The notes under the pieces: generated by a model
Databases searched by the model: none
Told to the model about the DNA's origin: nothing
Seen by the model: the letters and a program-made list of their open reading frames with translations, nothing else
Shown here: in pieces, positions 14,686 to 23,343 of the stretch
How positions within the stretch are numbered: the stretch's first letter is position 1
How the letters are laid out: every line of letters begins with the position of its first letter
IMG/VR virus record: IMGVR_UViG_3300045391_002463
Length of the DNA stretch: 60,341 nt
Direction: 5' to 3' (one strand)
From: a virus
Translations under genes and position numbers: made by a program

Positions 14686-15885
14686 TTAGGCTGCGCTGAG
14701 GATCGCGGCTGAACAGGTGTGGCGCTCGATCTCGCCATAGTCGGCCGCATAGAGGATCGAGCGGGTGTCTCTAAGGGCCCGATAGCCCTTGGTCGCGTGC
14801 CAATGGTCCTTGGCGGCCAGGGTGCGAAGGCTTTCGACCCGCACGCCCTGGACCTCCTTCACGCTGTCGTGGTGGATGTGGCCAATCCAGACGTAGCGGT
14901 ACTCGCTCGCGCCCCAGTCTGCGGGCCGGTCGATGGCCATCAGAAGCGGCAGCTCGTGCGGCTTGGCGCCATGCCCGTGGTGGCCCCCGATGAGCACCTT
15001 GCCGAAGCGGAGGTATCGGTAAGGCGCGCGGGTCACCTCGATCTCGACGCGCGGTTCGTTGTGGAAGAACATCGACAGGGCCAGGGCGATGGCGAAGGCC
15101 GCGTCGGGGTCGTGGTTGCCGGGCAGGAACCAAGCGATGACGCGATCATGCTTTTCGAGCATCCGGCGGATGGCGTAGGCCCAAGCATAGGCGCTCACCT
15201 TCATGGAGTCGGCGTGGTGGCCGTCCATGTCCATCTGGTTGCCGTGGCCCGGCGTCTTGTGGCTGCCGTCGTTCGAGTGGGTGTTGTCGCCAACGTTCAG
15301 TAGGAGGGCTGTAGCGGCGGGAGCGGTGGAGGAAACGAGGCGGTCAACCCCAGCCCGCGTGATCCTATCGCACTCGGCCAGGTCGAATTCCTCGCCAGCC
15401 GATTGGGCCGATGCCTTCATCCCGAAGTGGGGATCGCCAAACGCGTATACGGCCAGGAGGTCAGCGGTGACGTGGGCTGGCGGCGGGGTGAGCGCCGGCA
15501 ACTCGCCGAGCGACCGGACTAGGCCGTCAACAAACGCGCGAAGCTCCGCTTCCGACATCCGGCCGTCAGGATGCTGGCGATCCCAGTATTCGAGCACTTC
15601 GCCGCTGGCCTTGCGCCGGAAGGTGACCTTGCCCATCCGGTAGCCCGGAGCCACGCCTTGATCGAAGTGGCCGGGCGCGTGGCCCATGGCTGCCGCCCGC
15701 TCTCGGGCGCACTTGAGGGCCTCCGAGATGACGCTGGTCCTGATGCCGAGGGCCGCCGCCGCCGCCCCCATCGTCTTGTGCTCGATGATGGCGGTGATGA
15801 ACGTCCGCTGACGTTCGGTTGCATGCTCCCAGAGGTTGGGGTCCTTGAGCCAGGCGTCGCCGTAGCGCGTGGCGGGGGCTGGCAT
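14686..15885 (-). CDS. HTH domain fused to a calcineurin-like metallophosphoesterase
   Basis: 399 aa. The N-terminus carries MGAAAAALGIRTSVISEALKCARERAA, followed by GDPHFG, GDNTH, GNHD and GHIHHD phosphoesterase motifs. Confidence 0.7.
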   Translation of the reverse strand: MPAPATRYGDAWLKDPNLWEHATERQRTFITAIIEHKTMGAAAAALGIRTSVISEALKCARERAAAMGHAPGHFDQGVAPGYRMGKVTFRRKASGEVLEYWDRQHPDGRMSEAELRAFVDGLVRSLGELPALTPPPAHVTADLLAVYAFGDPHFGMKASAQSAGEEFDLAECDRITRAGVDRLVSSTAPAATALLLNVGDNTHSNDGSHKTPGHGNQMDMDGHHADSMKVSAYAWAYAIRRMLEKHDRVIAWFLPGNHDPDAAFAIALALSMFFHNEPRVEIEVTRAPYRYLRFGKVLIGGHHGHGAKPHELPLLMAIDRPADWGASEYRYVWIGHIHHDSVKEVQGVRVESLRTLAAKDHWHATKGYRALRDTRSILYAADYGEIERHTCSAAILSAA

Positions 15886-16250
15886 CAGTTAGCTCCGCTC
15901 GCTGGACTGCGGGGCCTGCGCACCCCCAGTTGCGACCGGAGCTGGTGCTGCTCCGTCTTGATGTCCCGAAGCTGGTCTTGGATGTGGCTGTCGCGCTCGC
16001 CGAACCTTTCGGCGAGGTTCTTCAGGCCGTCCGCGAACTTCTCACCCATGTGCTCGATCGCTTGGGCCAGGGCGGGCATCTGACGCGCCTCGTCTTGCAA
16101 GCGCTCGATGCGCGTTTCGGCCTTTTCCAATCGCGCCTCATGGCCCCTGACCATCTGGCGAACCATGCCCCAGGTGACGAGCAAACCAGCCCCGCCGAGC
16201 GCCGCGCTTCCTGCCACGGCGACCAGAATGTCCTGCAGCAGCTTGTCCAT
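15885..16250 (-). CDS. membrane-anchored coiled-coil protein
   Basis: 121-aa track ORF with an N-terminal TM segment and then heptad-like repeats. Confidence 0.5.
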   Translation of the reverse strand: MDKLLQDILVAVAGSAALGGAGLLVTWGMVRQMVRGHEARLEKAETRIERLQDEARQMPALAQAIEHMGEKFADGLKNLAERFGERDSHIQDQLRDIKTEQHQLRSQLGVRRPRSPASGAN

Positions 16251-16522
16251 CAGTCCGCCGCCCCGGACGCCGGAAGCTTCGACAGCGGCACCACGCTACG
16301 GCGCAGGAGGAAGGCCAGGGCCGCGGCCACCAGGACGTTGATCGAGCCCATCTGCTCGACGGTCAGGTGCAGCCCGAAGGCCATGCCCGCGCTCAGGCTG
16401 GCCTGGATGAGGCCCTGAGCCGCGACAGGCTCCGATGCCACCAGATCCCATCCTCTGACGTACCAGGGCCTTGGTGCAAGCGGCGTCACCGCCTCGGCCG
16501 GCTGGCCAGACGTATCGGTCAT
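16250..16522 (-). CDS. membrane protein, possible holin
   Basis: 90-aa track ORF with two hydrophobic segments, at the head of the lysis block. Confidence 0.4.
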   Translation of the reverse strand: MTDTSGQPAEAVTPLAPRPWYVRGWDLVASEPVAAQGLIQASLSAGMAFGLHLTVEQMGSINVLVAAALAFLLRRSVVPLSKLPASGAAD

Positions 16523-16575
16523 GGGAACCTCTTCGATGATGCGGGGCGCTCTGGCGGCGCTACTTAAATCGTGGG

Positions 16576-16764
16576 GTGACGGTCAGGAGCGCTGACGCTA
16601 GCCTTCAGGCCATGCCCCAGGCGATCAGCAGCCCCGCGTTCGGTGACGACTTGCTCACAGCCGCGATTGTCGTGGTCGTCGGGTTTATCGTCGCTGCGGG
16701 AGCCGTTTTGGTGTTCCGCAGATTTTCGGCCATGAGCGGTGGACGCCCAAAGCGTCGCCAATGA
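16576..16764 (+). CDS. small membrane protein (start uncertain; ATG 16612 is an alternative)
   Basis: 62-aa track ORF with a TM segment (AAIVVVVGFIVAAGAVLVF). It is the first ORF of the plus-strand moron. Confidence 0.4.
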   Translation: MTVRSADASLQAMPQAISSPAFGDDLLTAAIVVVVGFIVAAGAVLVFRRFSAMSGGRPKRRQ

Positions 16765-16870
16765 TCCGGCGGCGCTCAACTATCGTTGGTCGTGGGGTGT
16801 GGTAGGGTGCGGGGCGTGAGCATGTCGCGCCGAACTGGATGGCCTTCCGGCGGCTCGGAAGCTCGTTAGC

Positions 16871-17770
16871 GTGGGGGCGCAGATTTTGACCGAGCCGCTT
16901 TTGAATATCCCGGAATCGGTACGTGTCACCGCCCGGGACGACACAGGTGCTTTCTTCGCGCCGCTGAGCAGTATCGCCCCCGAGGTGTTGGTGGCGGATT
17001 GGCTGGATTACTCGAAATCTCACGATCGCGCCCGTCGCCTGGAGCGCTACACGACGCTCGCCAACAAGAAGGTTCTGGAAATTGGCGTTGGCTATGCTGT
17101 GAACTTGGCCGCGTGGATCAAAGCATTCGAAATTGACGGCTATGGCGTCGAACCGGCCAGCCAGGGGTTCGACAGGTCCTATGCGGCGGCTACCGAGCTC
17201 TTCAAAGCAAATAATCTGGACCCATCGCGCATCATCGACGCACCGGGCGAGGCGCTGCCCTTCCCTGACGCAAGTTTCGACATCGTCTACTCCGCGAACG
17301 TTCTGGAACACGTCAACGACCCCGAGGCGGTCTTGCGGGAAGCTCTGCGGGTGGTGAAGCCGGGCGGCCTCATCCACATGGAGATCCCCAACTACCTCTC
17401 CTATTTCGAGGGCCACTACATGGTGCCAATGCCGCCGGCGCTGTTTCGGCCCATGCTCAAACTCTGGCTGCGTCTATTGGACCGCGATCCATCATTCGTG
17501 GATACGTTGCAACTCATCAACCCGTTCTGGTGCGCCAGGACCGTTCGCAAGCTGAAGAGCGCCTATCCGGCCGATCTCATTTCTTTGGGTGAGAGCGAGT
17601 TCTTGCACAGGCTCGCCGAACCACTGAGGTTCGAAGCAGGGGCCACACAGTCGCGCCTTGCAGCCACGATCCGTGGGTTGCAGTCGCTCAACCTTGGCAA
17701 CTGGATCGGCCGGCTATTTGTGCTTCTTCGGGCGCATTACCCTATCTACATGACGCTGCGCCGCACTTAG
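16871..17770 (+). CDS. class I SAM-dependent methyltransferase
   Basis: 299 aa. VLEIGVGYA is motif I, and FDIVYSANVLEHV and VVKPGGLIHMEIPN fit the Methyltransf_11 pattern. Confidence 0.75.
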   Translation: MGAQILTEPLLNIPESVRVTARDDTGAFFAPLSSIAPEVLVADWLDYSKSHDRARRLERYTTLANKKVLEIGVGYAVNLAAWIKAFEIDGYGVEPASQGFDRSYAAATELFKANNLDPSRIIDAPGEALPFPDASFDIVYSANVLEHVNDPEAVLREALRVVKPGGLIHMEIPNYLSYFEGHYMVPMPPALFRPMLKLWLRLLDRDPSFVDTLQLINPFWCARTVRKLKSAYPADLISLGESEFLHRLAEPLRFEAGATQSRLAATIRGLQSLNLGNWIGRLFVLLRAHYPIYMTLRRT

Positions 17771-17856
17771 GAGCGCTCTGAGCTTCGGCCCGTCGCAATC
17801 CGGTCGCAAGCCGTGATACCTTGCGCTGACAAGGCGACGGGCTGATTGGGGGGTAT

Positions 17857-18639
17857 ATGCTAGTTCAAGTGCTTACAGCCGCCATCATCGGGCTGAAGAC
17901 AGTATTGATGCTCCTCCCGGCGTTCATCGTCATGGGCCTGGTGGAGCGTTTCTTGCCGGTGCACGGCGCCAGGCCGCCCCTGAAGGCATGGCTGCGCGGC
18001 ATTGTCTATCAGTTGATCGGATTCTCGCTGGGCGCCTTCACGCTCAACCTGCTTAATCCCTACATCCCGATGTTCCACCCGATCTGGCCAGCCATGTGGA
18101 TCGGCGTCGCCTTCGTCGTCAGCGACTTCTTCCACTATTGGGAACATCGGCTTCAGCACATATTCTTGTGGCGATTTCACGCTGTTCATCACTCGACCGA
18201 AAACCTTTGCTGCACGTCCGGCTACCACCACTTTAGCGACGCGCTTGTCTTCACCCTGCTCTATGGCATTCCCATGAGCTTGGTCACGAACGACCCCCTC
18301 GTCATCACCGGAGTGGCGATGGCGGTGCAGTGGTCCGGCGCCTACACCCACTCACCGACCAAATTCGGGATCGGCCCCCTCAATCACATCCTCACCGACA
18401 ATCTTCTGCACCGCATCCATCATTCGGCTGAACCACGCCATTTCGATAAGAACTTCAGCGCAGTGTTCAGCTTCTGGGACGTCCTGTTCGGGACGATGGA
18501 GCGGCCCAAAAAGGGCGAATGGCCCGCCGCGGGGATTGCTGAATACCGGGAAATCGAAACCATCTGGGGCGTCCTCTTCATGCCGTTCCTCCCCCAGAAG
18601 CGGCCCTTACCGGCCCCTGAAGCGTCCGCAGCGCAATGA
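17857..18639 (+). CDS. fatty acid hydroxylase / sterol desaturase superfamily membrane enzyme
   Basis: 260 aa with multiple TM segments and histidine boxes HYWEHRLQH, HAVHHS and HRIHHS. Confidence 0.75.
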   Translation: MLVQVLTAAIIGLKTVLMLLPAFIVMGLVERFLPVHGARPPLKAWLRGIVYQLIGFSLGAFTLNLLNPYIPMFHPIWPAMWIGVAFVVSDFFHYWEHRLQHIFLWRFHAVHHSTENLCCTSGYHHFSDALVFTLLYGIPMSLVTNDPLVITGVAMAVQWSGAYTHSPTKFGIGPLNHILTDNLLHRIHHSAEPRHFDKNFSAVFSFWDVLFGTMERPKKGEWPAAGIAEYREIETIWGVLFMPFLPQKRPLPAPEASAAQ

Positions 18640-18836
18640 GCAGTCTCGTCGAATCCCTCAAGACCTTCGCCGCCATACTGCTTGCTGTGGGTTCGATCTT
18701 CGCCCTTCAAATGGCCGTTTCGGCGGCTAGAAGCGTGCTCCAGTTCGGCTGGACGAACGCCTTCGGACGCCGGCGCCGCCCTGAATTGGACAACGCGACG
18801 GCGATGGACGGCAGGGTTGAGAAGAGCCGCAGATGA
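18636..18836 (+). CDS. small membrane protein
   Basis: 66-aa track ORF with ATGA overlaps on both sides. Confidence 0.45.
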   Translation: MSSLVESLKTFAAILLAVGSIFALQMAVSAARSVLQFGWTNAFGRRRRPELDNATAMDGRVEKSRR

Positions 18837-19012
18837 CTGAATACAGCGGAGCCCAAGACCTCTTCTGGAGCCTCAAATTACTTTCAGGCGGCCTTCTGGT
18901 ACTTTCCGCGCTGGTACTGCTCGGAGTTGGGTTTTTAATGTATAGGCTCATACGCCACCGCACTCATCGCGCCACCCCCTCTTCAGTTGAGGCTCGACGT
19001 ACTCGACACTGA
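18833..19012 (+). CDS. small membrane protein
   Basis: 59-aa ORF not in the track (…LLSGGLLVLSALVLLGVGFLMY…) with AT-rich codons. Its 3' end overlaps the convergent fibre-like gene by 30 nt. Confidence 0.4.
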   Translation: MTEYSGAQDLFWSLKLLSGGLLVLSALVLLGVGFLMYRLIRHRTHRATPSSVEARRTRH

Positions 19013-20176
19013 CCAGTTCAGCAGCTCCACCACGCCGCCCGAGCCGGAGGCACCGGCCCCGGCAAATAAGACCTTGGTTGGCGTCGAGATGAATGTGCCG
19101 ATGGCCTCGCTGTACTGATTGGTGAAGTTCTGGCCGCTCATCGACTGATCATAATAGAGCGTCGTGCAGTCATTGCGGATCTGCACCCACGCGGACGGCA
19201 TCAGCATAAAGGACGCGGATGCCCAACTGGAGACGCCACCGCCCCACGTCCCGGTGTTGGCGGTCACCGTGCTCAGATGGCCGACGATCATGCTCGCCGT
19301 CGCTCCCCACGATCCGAGGACGCTCAGCTTCGTGCCATCATAAAATCCGATGCCGCCGAACTGGGACGGACTGCCGCCGCCCTTCGAATAGCCGACGAGC
19401 TGAGCCCTCAGCCTGTAGGGACAGGACGGCGGCGATAGGCCGAGGGCCGAGACCTGGGAGGTGTTGGTGGTGTTCAGCGCGATCGCCTGGCCCGAAACGG
19501 TCTGCGTCGCCGTTGCGCTCTGCTGATTGAGCCAGGTAAAGCTGGCGAGGGTCGGCGTGCTATAGGACGCGCCCGGCGCGCCGCCGCCCCCCCCGCCGCC
19601 GCACGCCGCCCCCGCGTCCTGAAGCGCCGTGGAGCTGGCCCACGACGCGCAGTTGCCGGTCGTGGGCGTGCCCGAGATGGTCGCGCCGCTGATCGTGTTG
19701 CAGCCGAACCCGCTGGCCGAGGTCCAGGTCAGGGCGCTGGACGAGGCGCTGCACGACGGCATCGACAGTGCCGAGGGCGACGCGCTGGAGCCTGTTCCAT
19801 TGCCGACGACGGTGTTGGCGCTCACGGACGCGATGTGACCCACAGGAAGGCTGCAGGTCAGGCTGAGCGTGCCCGAGGTTGAGCAGTCGCCAGAGAGGTC
19901 GCCGTTGGTGACCGAAGTTGAGCCAGAGAACTTGGTCAGATTGCCGGAAGCTGGCGTGCCCGTGGTCGTGATGCCGGCCGTAATTCCGAGGTTGGTCCGC
20001 GCGGCGGCGGCTGTCGTCGCCCCGGTGCCGCCGTTGGCCACGGGGACCGTATCCCCGGCCTTCATGGTGATCGCCCCGCCGCCGTAATTGGCCAGCGGGG
20101 TCTTGTCGGCCGCCGGGGCCACAACGGGCGCGCACGCCAGCCAGAGGGCCAGCAGGCCCACGATCAATCGCTTCAT
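18983..20176 (-). CDS. secreted tail-fibre-like protein with a lectin-like C-terminus
   Basis: 397 aa. The Sec-type leader is MKRLIVGLLALWLACAPVVAPAA. It carries the fibre motif PVANGGTGATTAAAARTNLG and a Cys-rich middle, and is the last gene of the tail operon. Confidence 0.5.
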   Translation of the reverse strand: MKRLIVGLLALWLACAPVVAPAADKTPLANYGGGAITMKAGDTVPVANGGTGATTAAAARTNLGITAGITTTGTPASGNLTKFSGSTSVTNGDLSGDCSTSGTLSLTCSLPVGHIASVSANTVVGNGTGSSASPSALSMPSCSASSSALTWTSASGFGCNTISGATISGTPTTGNCASWASSTALQDAGAACGGGGGGGAPGASYSTPTLASFTWLNQQSATATQTVSGQAIALNTTNTSQVSALGLSPPSCPYRLRAQLVGYSKGGGSPSQFGGIGFYDGTKLSVLGSWGATASMIVGHLSTVTANTGTWGGGVSSWASASFMLMPSAWVQIRNDCTTLYYDQSMSGQNFTNQYSEAIGTFISTPTKVLFAGAGASGSGGVVELLNWSVSSTSSLN

Positions 20177-20190
20177 GATGTCCCTTAGGG

Positions 20191-21729
20191 TTAGGCGCCG
20201 ATGCCTCGTTCAGGCGCGAAGAACAGCTTACTGCCGTCCTCGTTGGCCCAGCCGAGCAGCTGGTCGAGAGCGCCGGCGGTCACGGGAGGCGTCGCACTCA
20301 CCCCCCCGCCTTCATCCAGCCAATACGCGGCGCCGGGTGTCAGGCCCGGCGTCGCAACGAACTGGCCGGGCATATAGATCAGCACGTCGTCGCCTATCGT
20401 GGCGTCAGCACTGATCCAGCAATTGCACGGCCGGTAGGAACCGCTCGTCGGGTCGCTCGTCGCAGCGTCCGCGGGAATCACCGTGGCCACGTCGCTGTCG
20501 GAATAAAGATGGCCAGGCCCCCCGGCGATAGTCGCTATCGCGTAGCTGATCGCTATGAGGCCGGGCGTGCCCTCACTCGCTTGGGCGGGCAAACCATTGC
20601 CCATGCCGCCGCCGCCGCCGCCATAGCCGCCCGCATTGCCGCCAAAGCCCGGCGGGTCGAAAAAGCCGTTGCCGCCGCCGCCACCGCCGCCGCCAGGACC
20701 GTACGTATTGACGCCGTCGCTCCATATCGGGTCCATGGAGCCGGCGCCGCCTTGGGCCATGTAACCGCCGCCACCGCCGCCACCGCCATCCGCGCCCGCT
20801 GCGCCGGCTACGCCCGAAGCAGTCCCGCCAATGCCCGCGCCCGCGGCATTGCGATTCTGGCCGCCCGTGGCGCCGAGGTTGCCGTCCGTGCCGGCCGTGC
20901 CGCCGTTCGCGCCGCCGCCCCCGCCGCCATTAGCGCCTGTGCCGCCGTGGCCTGTCGAGCCGCCGTCGGCGCCTGCTCCATTCGGGCCACCTGCCCCACC
21001 GCCCCCACCCCCGCCTGCGCCGCCTGTGCCGCCGGGCACGGCCCCACTGCCACCTGCCGTGACGGTGCTGGAGCCGGCCACGCCGCCTGCAGAGGAGCCG
21101 CCGATGCCCGCGATGCTCGTACCGCCCGAGCTGCCGCCTTGGGCATACAAAGTCGCTGTCGCGCTGTCGAACCAGGTGTCGGCGGTGCCCGGACCCGGCG
21201 CGGGAGACCCGATGATCGCACCTTGAGACCCGCCATTGACGCCAACCTGGTAGGAGATGACGTCGCCCGGCGAGGCTGTGAACGTCGTGCTGGCATAAGC
21301 TCCACCGCCGCCCGATCCACCTTGACCACCGCCGCCGTCGCTCAGGCCGCCGTCGCCGCCAGCGCCGATGGCCTCCGCCATGCCCGTCCCGGGGAAGTCA
21401 GAGGGGACAGTCCACGTCCCGGCTCCAGGGGTCGCGAGGATGACGTTGGTCCCGGCGCCGGGAGGCGAACCCGCGACGACCGTCATGGTCATCCGCAAGA
21501 GTGAAGCGGCGTCGATCAGGGGCCCGACCGTATGGCCGTTGATCCTGACGTAGACCCCCGCTGTCGTGGTCCACAGGTCGCCGTCCTGGATGTGGTCGCT
21601 GTCGGGCGCGACGCCATGGGGCAGGTTGAGCGACGCCGATTCCGCCCGCGCCGCGTTGAGCAGCAGCGTCACGCCCTTCTTCAGGTCGGACGCGAACTCC
21701 TTGATGACGACGAGCGGCTTGGCCTGCAC
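20191..21729 (-). CDS. glycine-rich tail fibre protein
   Basis: 512 aa. GTWTVPSDFPG is followed by long G-rich tracts, typical of the glycine-rich domains of phage fibres. Confidence 0.55.
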   Translation of the reverse strand: MQAKPLVVIKEFASDLKKGVTLLLNAARAESASLNLPHGVAPDSDHIQDGDLWTTTAGVYVRINGHTVGPLIDAASLLRMTMTVVAGSPPGAGTNVILATPGAGTWTVPSDFPGTGMAEAIGAGGDGGLSDGGGGQGGSGGGGAYASTTFTASPGDVISYQVGVNGGSQGAIIGSPAPGPGTADTWFDSATATLYAQGGSSGGTSIAGIGGSSAGGVAGSSTVTAGGSGAVPGGTGGAGGGGGGGAGGPNGAGADGGSTGHGGTGANGGGGGGANGGTAGTDGNLGATGGQNRNAAGAGIGGTASGVAGAAGADGGGGGGGGYMAQGGAGSMDPIWSDGVNTYGPGGGGGGGGNGFFDPPGFGGNAGGYGGGGGGMGNGLPAQASEGTPGLIAISYAIATIAGGPGHLYSDSDVATVIPADAATSDPTSGSYRPCNCWISADATIGDDVLIYMPGQFVATPGLTPGAAYWLDEGGGVSATPPVTAGALDQLLGWANEDGSKLFFAPERGIGA

Positions 21730-21732
21730 CGG

Positions 21733-22434
21733 CTACTTCCCGTAGGCCTTCCAGTCGACGTTCACCGGCCAGGTAGTCGAGCCAGGGCCCGGCGCCAGCT
21801 GGACCTGCACGTCAACTCCGCTCGTCGTCTTGTTGTAGGTCTGGGCCCAATAATCGTTAGCGCCGCCAGTGGCGCTCAGGACGAGCGTCAACTGCACGCC
21901 GAAGATCGCCGCCGGGAACACCTGCGGGAAGGTCACCGAGATGACGCCCTCGCCGTTGAACGGCCCCACGGTGCCCCATTGCTCCATGTAGCCGTCGGGC
22001 GCTTTGCGCCAGCCCGGCACGGCGAGGCTGCCGGTGTAGGCCGTCGAGCCGTCTACGGGCACGGGCGAGATCACCCAGTCGGCGTGCGTGCCTGAACCGC
22101 CGTCCGAGGCCACGTTCACCGTCAGAGCTCCGGTGCCCGAGTTGTAGGCGGTGACCTGGCCGGTCATGTAGTTCGACGGATCGGCCGCGCTGGCGATCAT
22201 CAGCGGCTGGCCGATGGCCCACGAAAGCCCCGTCGTGGCCGCGAACGACTTCGAGCCGGTCCCGACGGCGACGCTGGAGCTGCTGGAGCCGATGAATTGG
22301 GCGCCGCCGAGGTTGGTGGCCAGGGCGTTCATGTCGACGGAGAACGGCTGCAGCGCTCCGAGGAAGGCATCGGCGCGCGCGTCGAAGTTCGCCGGATCCG
22401 AGGTGGACGGCGGGGTCGGAAGAATGGTGGTCAC
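21733..22434 (-). CDS. tail fibre / baseplate protein (putative)
   Basis: 233-aa track ORF, called from its position between the tape measure and the fibres. Confidence 0.45.
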   Translation of the reverse strand: MTTILPTPPSTSDPANFDARADAFLGALQPFSVDMNALATNLGGAQFIGSSSSSVAVGTGSKSFAATTGLSWAIGQPLMIASAADPSNYMTGQVTAYNSGTGALTVNVASDGGSGTHADWVISPVPVDGSTAYTGSLAVPGWRKAPDGYMEQWGTVGPFNGEGVISVTFPQVFPAAIFGVQLTLVLSATGGANDYWAQTYNKTTSGVDVQVQLAPGPGSTTWPVNVDWKAYGK

Positions 22435-22437
22435 GGA

Positions 22438-23343
22438 TCAGACCTCTTCGATTTCGAGCTGAATGGTCGCGGTGAAGGGCTGGTCGAAGGTGATCGAGAA
22501 CGACTTGTAGACGCCGCAGATCACCCCGCTCTCGAAGGCGTCGCTGGTCTCGTCGTCGAGCCAGGACCAGACCGCCGGGACGGCGTTGAGCTCGTCGCGC
22601 ACGGCCCGGATCTTGTCGACGGCGGCCCGATCGCAGATCGCCGTCTGCGTGGTCTTGGGGACATTGCGGCGTTGGACGAGGATCGCGTTGCCGAAGATGT
22701 CACGGTCGATGGTCGAGAAGTTGAGCACGTCGGAGACCGGGTTCTGCACCGTCTCGCCGAGCTCGACCGACTTGCCGACGATCAGGCCGCCGCAGGTCAC
22801 GTCGCCGGCCGCCTTCGAGATCGACACCGTGATCTGCGCGCCGGAGAACGCAGGCAGGTCGAGGCGGATCATGGTCTGGCGGAAGCTGAACGGCTCGAAG
22901 AAGTAGTCCGACCAAGTGGTGACCTCGCGCAGGTTGAGGTCTTCGGTCACCGAGTAAACGGTCGCGCCGCCGCTCACCATTTCGATGGTCACTTCGTCGG
23001 CGTCGAGCCCCACCAGCGCGAGGGCGTTGACCCGCTGCCCGGGCGCGATGATCACCGTCAGCGGCGTCGGGCCCGTGGTCCCGGCGCTCCGCAGCAGATC
23101 GAACATCGCCCACTTGTTGGTGGCGCCGATGTCGCTCCAGTTCTCCGAGTCCTGGTCCGGGCTGGTCGCGGTCGTGCCGGCGACGAGGCGCTGATAGACC
23201 CGATGCGTCGAGACCAGGATGGCCTTGTCGCCGATGGCGTAGGCCGTGGCGGCGTCCCAGGCGGTCTCGCCGGCGTCGGGCTCGCTGACCGTGCTGGAGA
23301 TCAGCTGCAGGTCGCCGATGGTGATGGGCGGGATCACCAGCAT
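22438..23343 (-). CDS. distal tail protein (putative)
   Basis: 301-aa track ORF immediately after the tape measure gene. Confidence 0.45.
   Translation of the reverse strand: MLVIPPITIGDLQLISSTVSEPDAGETAWDAATAYAIGDKAILVSTHRVYQRLVAGTTATSPDQDSENWSDIGATNKWAMFDLLRSAGTTGPTPLTVIIAPGQRVNALALVGLDADEVTIEMVSGGATVYSVTEDLNLREVTTWSDYFFEPFSFRQTMIRLDLPAFSGAQITVSISKAAGDVTCGGLIVGKSVELGETVQNPVSDVLNFSTIDRDIFGNAILVQRRNVPKTTQTAICDRAAVDKIRAVRDELNAVPAVWSWLDDETSDAFESGVICGVYKSFSITFDQPFTATIQLEIEEV

Noticed and set aside
20560-21110. Repetitive GCC/GGC-rich DNA as a possible CRISPR array or tandem-repeat locus
   Set aside because: There is no repeat-spacer periodicity. It is the coding sequence of poly-glycine tracts in the fibre gene.
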